Positions 59,028 to 64,000 of a stretch of DNA of 64,000 nucleotides are shown here, in pieces; within the stretch, counting starts at the first letter, position 1, and each line of letters opens with the position of its first letter. Source of the stretch: Planctomycetota bacterium (GTDB lineage Bacteria > Planctomycetota > UBA8108 > UBA1146); NCBI GenBank assembly GCA_036338595.1, contig JAYZBV010000065.1, positions 17,502 through 81,501 on the forward strand. Reading direction: 5' to 3'. The notes under the pieces were generated by a model. It was not told where the DNA came from and ran no database searches. It saw only the letters and a list, made by a program, of their open reading frames with translations. A program made the position numbers and the translations under genes.

Positions 59028-60413
59028 GTGAAGACCCCGCCCGAGAAACCGGAGCAAACCGCCGAACCGAACCGCTGGAGAGTTCGACTGCTCCAACCGA
59101 TGGATATCGCATCCCTCGTCGTTTTTCGCATCGTCCTTGGCGGCAGTATCCTGTTCGAGACGATTCGCTACTGGATCGACGGCAATCTCAAGAGTTACTA
59201 CATCGACGCACCCTTTCACTTCAAGTACTTCGGATTCACCTGGGTCGAGAGATTGCCTGAAACAGGTATGTACCTGGTTTTCTTCCTGACCGCCCTCTCC
59301 TCGCTGGGTGTGCTGCTCGGATATCGTCACAGGATCTCCTCGACGCTGCTCTTCATCACCTTCACCTACACTTTCTTGCTCGATGCCGCGACCTACCGAA
59401 ATCACTTCTACCTGCTCGCCTTACTGTCTCTGCTGATGATCTTCCTGCCCGCTGGCCGCTATTTCTCGATGGACGCCTCTCGAAGGCCAGAATCGAAATC
59501 GGAACACTGCCCCACCTGGTGCATCTGGCTGCTGCGTTTTCAGATCGGTGTCGTGTATTTCTTTGCCGGGATCGCCAAGTTCGACCCCGGTTGGATCGCC
59601 GGTGAATCGCTCAAGATGATCTTCATCCACGAGGGGCATTCTCCTGAAGTTCTCGGATTCTTGCTCAAGGCACCGGTTCTGCTCTTCTTTGTCTGGTCGG
59701 GACTCCTGTTCGATCTCACCATTCCTTTCTTTCTGCTGTGGAGGCGTACAAGGACGGTTGCGTTTCTAGCGGCAGCAGGTTTTCACCTGACCAACGGCCT
59801 GTTCCTGGTCAGTGTCGGGATCTTCCCCTGGTTCATGCTGGCAGCGAGCACCATCTTCTTCGCTCCCAACTGGCCCAGGAGGGCCCTCCAGAGGTTCGGA
59901 TTCGTATTACGGCCCGTCATCCCGATGCCCGAGAGGGCCAACGGGTCTGCATCGGGACAAGGTGTTCTGTTCCTGGTACTCGGCCTCTATCTCTGCGTCC
60001 AGTTGCTGTTGCCATTACGACAGCACCTCTATCCTGGATATACATCCTGGACTCACGAAGGCCACCGTTGGTCCTGGCGAATGAAGTTGGTCGCCAAACG
60101 AACCGAAGAACTTGTGTTTTTCACCATCGACCCCACGAGTGGCCAGCGTTTGAAACTCGATGGCATGAAGATTTTGTACGCCTGGCAACAAGATGTGATG
60201 TCGAGGCAGCCTGACCTGATGCTTCAGTTTGCCAGAGATATGCACAACAACCTGCTGGAGAAAACCGGCAAGAGTTATCCAATTCATGCCGATGTGCTGG
60301 TGAGTATCAATGGTCAGCCAGCAGCAACCTTCATCGATCCCGGAGTGGACCTCTCGAAGGTCGAATGGTCCCTGGCCCAGAAGCGATGGATCATGCCCTA
60401 CCGCGGCAGATAA
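59028..60413 (+). CDS. HTTM domain / vitamin K-dependent gamma-carboxylase-like protein
   Basis: SLVVFRI--G, FHFKYFGFTWV, Y-NHFYL, VYFFAGIAK---W, FHL-N, GIFPW, WTHEGHRWSWRMKL, QPD---QFA, VSING. Confidence 0.88.
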   Translation: MKTPPEKPEQTAEPNRWRVRLLQPMDIASLVVFRIVLGGSILFETIRYWIDGNLKSYYIDAPFHFKYFGFTWVERLPETGMYLVFFLTALSSLGVLLGYRHRISSTLLFITFTYTFLLDAATYRNHFYLLALLSLLMIFLPAGRYFSMDASRRPESKSEHCPTWCIWLLRFQIGVVYFFAGIAKFDPGWIAGESLKMIFIHEGHSPEVLGFLLKAPVLLFFVWSGLLFDLTIPFFLLWRRTRTVAFLAAAGFHLTNGLFLVSVGIFPWFMLAASTIFFAPNWPRRALQRFGFVLRPVIPMPERANGSASGQGVLFLVLGLYLCVQLLLPLRQHLYPGYTSWTHEGHRWSWRMKLVAKRTEELVFFTIDPTSGQRLKLDGMKILYAWQQDVMSRQPDLMLQFARDMHNNLLEKTGKSYPIHADVLVSINGQPAATFIDPGVDLSKVEWSLAQKRWIMPYRGR

Positions 60414-61504
60414 ATGTCGGTTCCTTCCGGTGCACCTGTGATGTGAATCCTCGGCGCCAAACCGTCGGAAGTCTCGATGAGTTTCACACCATCCGGCGGT
60501 TGCCATTCGACGCCGCGAATCCTCGCCGCCGTTGCGGCGAAGGCACTGCGCAGGGCTCGCAATTTTGCATCGGAAGAACGAATGGTGCCGATGATGGAAT
60601 CCATGCTCAGGATCATCAATCTTGTCGTGATGGCATAAAAAGGAGGCTCCTCCCGGTATCGATCCAGGAGAGCGGGGTCAGTGGGATCGAGACTGATGGG
60701 AATCTGCCGATCGAGATAACACTGCAAATCAACCGAGAGAAACCAGGGACTTGATACATCTTCCGTCATCTCGAAGCTCATCATTGTTTCGATCTGGAGT
60801 GCTCTGGTCAGTGCCTCACTTGGTAGTTCGATCCTCGCGAGAGCCGATTCGGCTCTTTCAATGAATGCCAGTTCCTGAGTGCCCAGCAGGTCCTGTCCTC
60901 TCTGCATCGCAACCTCGAGTACTGCAGTTCGGACCATTTCACTGATGAGAAAGCCACCGGAGCAGAGTGATTCCAGGAGTTCTACACCGATCAACCAGCG
61001 TTCCTGATCCGATTTCAATCGACCCGCCGCATCCAGGGAGCTCGCCTCGTCACCGGAACGGCAGCAGGCTTCGATCAGCCTGCGAACTTCCGAGATATGG
61101 GGGATGTCCGTCGACAGGTCCACCGTCACAGGTGCTTGCGATTCAGGTGACTGACGAACCAGAGCCAGCAACTCTCTCAACTGATCATCGGTGATGCTGA
61201 GACTGGAGCCATCTTCATTCAGCTGATCTTGAATCATTTTCAGATCGCGGAGGACCCTCACATCACGCAACTGAAACAGAGCAGGATCTCGTTCCTCGAT
61301 GGATTTTGCCCACAGTTGGGCAGCCGTATCTGCACCGAGCAATTGACGATACTCGCCCATCCTTTGCAGATTTGACTCCCTTACCACATCCAGAAAAATC
61401 CACACAGAGATGAGCAGGAGCACCAGCATGGCGAACACGGCGAACGAATTGCGAAGCCAGGGTCGCCTGAAGATCGACCCAGCATCTCCCTGTGTTGGTG
61501 TCAC
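60398..61504 (-). CDS. Hypothetical membrane-anchored protein (paralog of the adjacent gene)
   Basis: N-terminal TM helix then helical domain; start uncertain (61504 GTG; ORF open to 61627). Confidence 0.65.
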   Translation of the reverse strand: MTPTQGDAGSIFRRPWLRNSFAVFAMLVLLLISVWIFLDVVRESNLQRMGEYRQLLGADTAAQLWAKSIEERDPALFQLRDVRVLRDLKMIQDQLNEDGSSLSITDDQLRELLALVRQSPESQAPVTVDLSTDIPHISEVRRLIEACCRSGDEASSLDAAGRLKSDQERWLIGVELLESLCSGGFLISEMVRTAVLEVAMQRGQDLLGTQELAFIERAESALARIELPSEALTRALQIETMMSFEMTEDVSSPWFLSVDLQCYLDRQIPISLDPTDPALLDRYREEPPFYAITTRLMILSMDSIIGTIRSSDAKLRALRSAFAATAARIRGVEWQPPDGVKLIETSDGLAPRIHITGAPEGTDIYLPR

Positions 61505-61550
61505 TGTCCCCCCCCATGCACCATCGCTTGGAAACTTGCGATCCGTGGTC

Positions 61551-62684
61551 TCATCGATCCCCTCCAGGCTTGAGCTCAACTTCCTGTCGGGAGGTGGCCA
61601 CATCAGGAAGGTAACAGTCTGCTTCACCGCTGGCGCCGGTCACATGAATCCAGATGGTTCCCCCGCTGTTTTTCATTTCAATCCCGGCGGGAGGATCCCA
61701 TGAATCTCCCTGGCGCATGGCGCGTAAGGCCGTGAGTCCATGGCGCAACGACTTCAATCGCGCATCCTCCAGTTCGACGAACTCGATGAACTGGGTAAAG
61801 CCTGTGAGCTTGACGAAAGGTGACCAGAAGGGCGCCGGTTTCCTCAATGAGGCCATCCCATGCTCGCTGCCGGGGGCGATCGCCCACGGCAACACACGAT
61901 CGAGGAAAACCCTCACATCGAGGGCCAGAAACATCGTCGATTCATCCAGATCTGGGTCTTCCAGATCCAGTCTCTGTACCCTCTCGAGGAGATTCAAACT
62001 CTCCTCCACGACGATCCTCGCAAATCCCTCTCCAGGAGGTCTGATGCGAGATAGGATCGGCTGACACTTCTCAAGATCGGCATCCGTCAACTGATGAATG
62101 CGCTCGACCAACCAGGAATTGAATTCACGAATGGCAGCACATCTGGCCGTCTCACATCTAATCGACCCTCCGACAGAGAGCGATTCGTTGATCTCGAGGA
62201 ACTGCTGCCAGCGATCGATCGCTCTGCTGGATTCTCCCGCGTTCCAGTGGTCTTCAGCACTGTTTCTCCAATGGTAACCAGCGTTCAAGATGTCCATGAC
62301 CCAGGGAAATCTCAGCGATCCATCGCTGTGCTGAATCTCCAGAGATGGCGGAGAATCCTGAAACGCTGCGAAAGCAGCATCCAGCAGCTCTTCTCTCTCG
62401 GCAACAGTTTGTTCGACCGCCGGATGAAGTGGCAGCATACGAAAATTGAGCACAACCGCAGATAGTTCGTGGAGCGGGTACAAGTGCGGGCTTCGCTCGG
62501 AGATGACCCTGGTGGTGAATGTTGTAAAACCCTCTGCGGCGACGATGCGCCTGAACTCTTCTATCCTGCGCAGATTCTGGCTTCTGAGTGAATCGACGGA
62601 CCAGTTGATCAGAATCGCCAGAACTGCCAGTAACGACAACAGGACCAGGAAGGATTTCTTGCCGTGAATGCCTGCCGGTTTCAT
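61551..62684 (-). CDS. Hypothetical membrane-anchored protein (paralog of 60398-61504)
   Basis: N-terminal TM helix; shares motifs with its neighbour. Confidence 0.65.
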   Translation of the reverse strand: MKPAGIHGKKSFLVLLSLLAVLAILINWSVDSLRSQNLRRIEEFRRIVAAEGFTTFTTRVISERSPHLYPLHELSAVVLNFRMLPLHPAVEQTVAEREELLDAAFAAFQDSPPSLEIQHSDGSLRFPWVMDILNAGYHWRNSAEDHWNAGESSRAIDRWQQFLEINESLSVGGSIRCETARCAAIREFNSWLVERIHQLTDADLEKCQPILSRIRPPGEGFARIVVEESLNLLERVQRLDLEDPDLDESTMFLALDVRVFLDRVLPWAIAPGSEHGMASLRKPAPFWSPFVKLTGFTQFIEFVELEDARLKSLRHGLTALRAMRQGDSWDPPAGIEMKNSGGTIWIHVTGASGEADCYLPDVATSRQEVELKPGGDR

Positions 62685-62686
62685 CG

Positions 62687-63379
62687 CTATCCGAGGATTC
62701 GAGAGCAGGAGGGACAATTGACCACCTCTGAGCCCTCATTCACCTTTTCTGCCACCTGAGAACTGACATTGAGATGGCACCCTCCACAGGTTTGGTCCTC
62801 GAGGGAGACGATCACGGTGGCGCCAAGTGCCGGGAAAAGGCGATCGAAGACCTCCAGCAGTTCTGCGTCTGTGCTCTCTCTTGCCAGCTGTAATGGCCCT
62901 TCAAGAGAAGCGACCTCGTCACGGTATTCGACCGTATTCTTCTCAACCTCTGCTCTCAATTCTTCAAACTGTGACTTGGCCTGGTCGATTCGCCCGGCGA
63001 GATCTTTACTCTGGCTGCGGAGTTCTTCGATCTTCTCGAGCACGAGCATCTGGTTATCCTCGACTGCCGCTTTTTCCTGCTCGAATCGAGTCAACTGCTC
63101 CTTGAGGCCCGTGAACTCAGAGGCCTGAGTTGCTTGATCCAGTTGCTTACGATTTTTTGTAATCTTTTCATCCGCTTCTGCAACATCGAGTTCCAGTTTC
63201 CTGGCGAGCGACAACCCCTGTGCAAGACGGCTCTCGATGGGAGAGGCTTCGGCATCGAGTTCCTCCATCGAGGCCTCTGCCAGCTTCAACTTTTCCTCGT
63301 GCTTGTTGATTTCAGAGTTGTATAGAGAAATCTTTCCAGCAAGACGCTGCACATCTCTGAGACGATCGACCGCTTCCAA
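62687..63379 (-). CDS. Coiled-coil plus C4 zinc-ribbon protein (CT398/DUF164-like)
   Basis: Long coiled coil, CGGCH...CPSCSRIL; GGAGGT RBS; downstream of rpoD. Confidence 0.85.
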   Translation of the reverse strand: MEAVDRLRDVQRLAGKISLYNSEINKHEEKLKLAEASMEELDAEASPIESRLAQGLSLARKLELDVAEADEKITKNRKQLDQATQASEFTGLKEQLTRFEQEKAAVEDNQMLVLEKIEELRSQSKDLAGRIDQAKSQFEELRAEVEKNTVEYRDEVASLEGPLQLARESTDAELLEVFDRLFPALGATVIVSLEDQTCGGCHLNVSSQVAEKVNEGSEVVNCPSCSRILG

Positions 63380-63465
63380 CTCTCACCTCCCCTTTCAACC
63401 TGGTATTGACCATCGAGCAGTCCCTGACCAGATCGGTGATCTTATCCCCAAGCTCATGCATCTAC

Positions 63466-63507
63466 CAGAAAAGAGGGCTTCGCATCGTGGGCACGATACG
63501 AAGCCCT
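63466..63507 (-). terminator. Intrinsic terminator downstream of rpoD
   Basis: Stem AGGGCTTCG/CGAAGCCCT with inner ATCGTG/CACGAT, followed by CTTTTCT on the minus strand. Confidence 0.65.
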
Positions 63508-63543
63508 GTATCTCTGACGATTTGCCTGATGCGGAACGAGCCC

Positions 63544-64000
63544 CTAATCGTCGAGAAAGCCCTCCAGGTGACGAGACCTGATCGGATGTTGCAATTTCTT
63601 GACCGCCTTTGCTTCGATCTGCCGGACCCTTTCGCGGGTCACCTTGAAGATCTTTCCTACCTCCTCGAGAGTGTAGGTGTAGCCGTCTTCCAGCCCATAT
63701 CGAAGTTTGATGATCTCCCTCTCACGGTAGGTGAGCGTTTTCAGGACATCCTTGAGGCGATCCTTCAGCATCTCGTGGGTCGCGGTATGGATGGGAGATT
63801 CAACAGTTTGGTCCTCGATGAAGTCACCGAAGAATCCGTCATCCGAATCACCGATGGGACGATCCAGAGAAATCGGATGCTTGGAGATCTTCAGGACCTT
63901 TCTGACCTCTTCTTCCGGAATTTCCAGTTCGACGGAAATCTCCTTCATGCTCGGCTCGTAGCCGAGTTTCTGCATCAGTTTCTTGGTCGCATTACGGACC
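63544..64000 (-). CDS. rpoD: Primary sigma factor RpoD (C-terminal part, 5'-truncated)
   Basis: PISLDRPIG, GDFIED, region 4 YTLEEVGKIFKVTRERVRQIEAKAVKKLQHP. Confidence 0.92.
   Translation of the reverse strand, partial: VRNATKKLMQKLGYEPSMKEISVELEIPEEEVRKVLKISKHPISLDRPIGDSDDGFFGDFIEDQTVESPIHTATHEMLKDRLKDVLKTLTYREREIIKLRYGLEDGYTYTLEEVGKIFKVTRERVRQIEAKAVKKLQHPIRSRHLEGFLDD

Overview
Gene-dense, GC-rich (about 58-60% by eye) bacterial chromosome segment. It is most likely from a Planctomycetota lineage; this is inferred from mcsA-mcsB-clpC without ctsR, a LepB with Cys-rich inserts, a dockerin-like FLRGD C-terminal module and diderm genes (lpxB, bamA, lptB). Most content is housekeeping: MATE, aroB, lpxB, folC, clpC/mcsB/mcsA, nusA-infB-rbfA, yebC, bamA, mutS2, a birA plus propionyl-CoA-to-succinyl-CoA cluster (split mutase, epimerase, carboxylase), an ABC exporter, recR-ybaB-dnaX, SRP RNA, three tRNAs, tadA, scpB, galE, rph-rdgB-lepA-lepB-lptB, RNase P RNA and the 3' end of rpoD. 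No CRISPR array, rRNA, transposase or integrase was seen. Five observations stand out: (1) GalE carries a C-terminal tandem MshEN-type motif, suggesting a c-di-GMP-controlled sugar-nucleotide epimerase, and the window also encodes an intact and a degenerate GGDEF protein; (2) an EndoIII-like domain is fused to a long histone-H1-like Lys/Ala repeat tail; (3) a ~400-nt hairpin-dense leader lies between a near-consensus sigma70 promoter and nusA, where rimP usually sits; (4) MutS2 lacks its Smr domain; (5) folC is head-to-head with a gamma-glutamyl hydrolase-family gene. All calls come from visual motif recognition; no searches were run.
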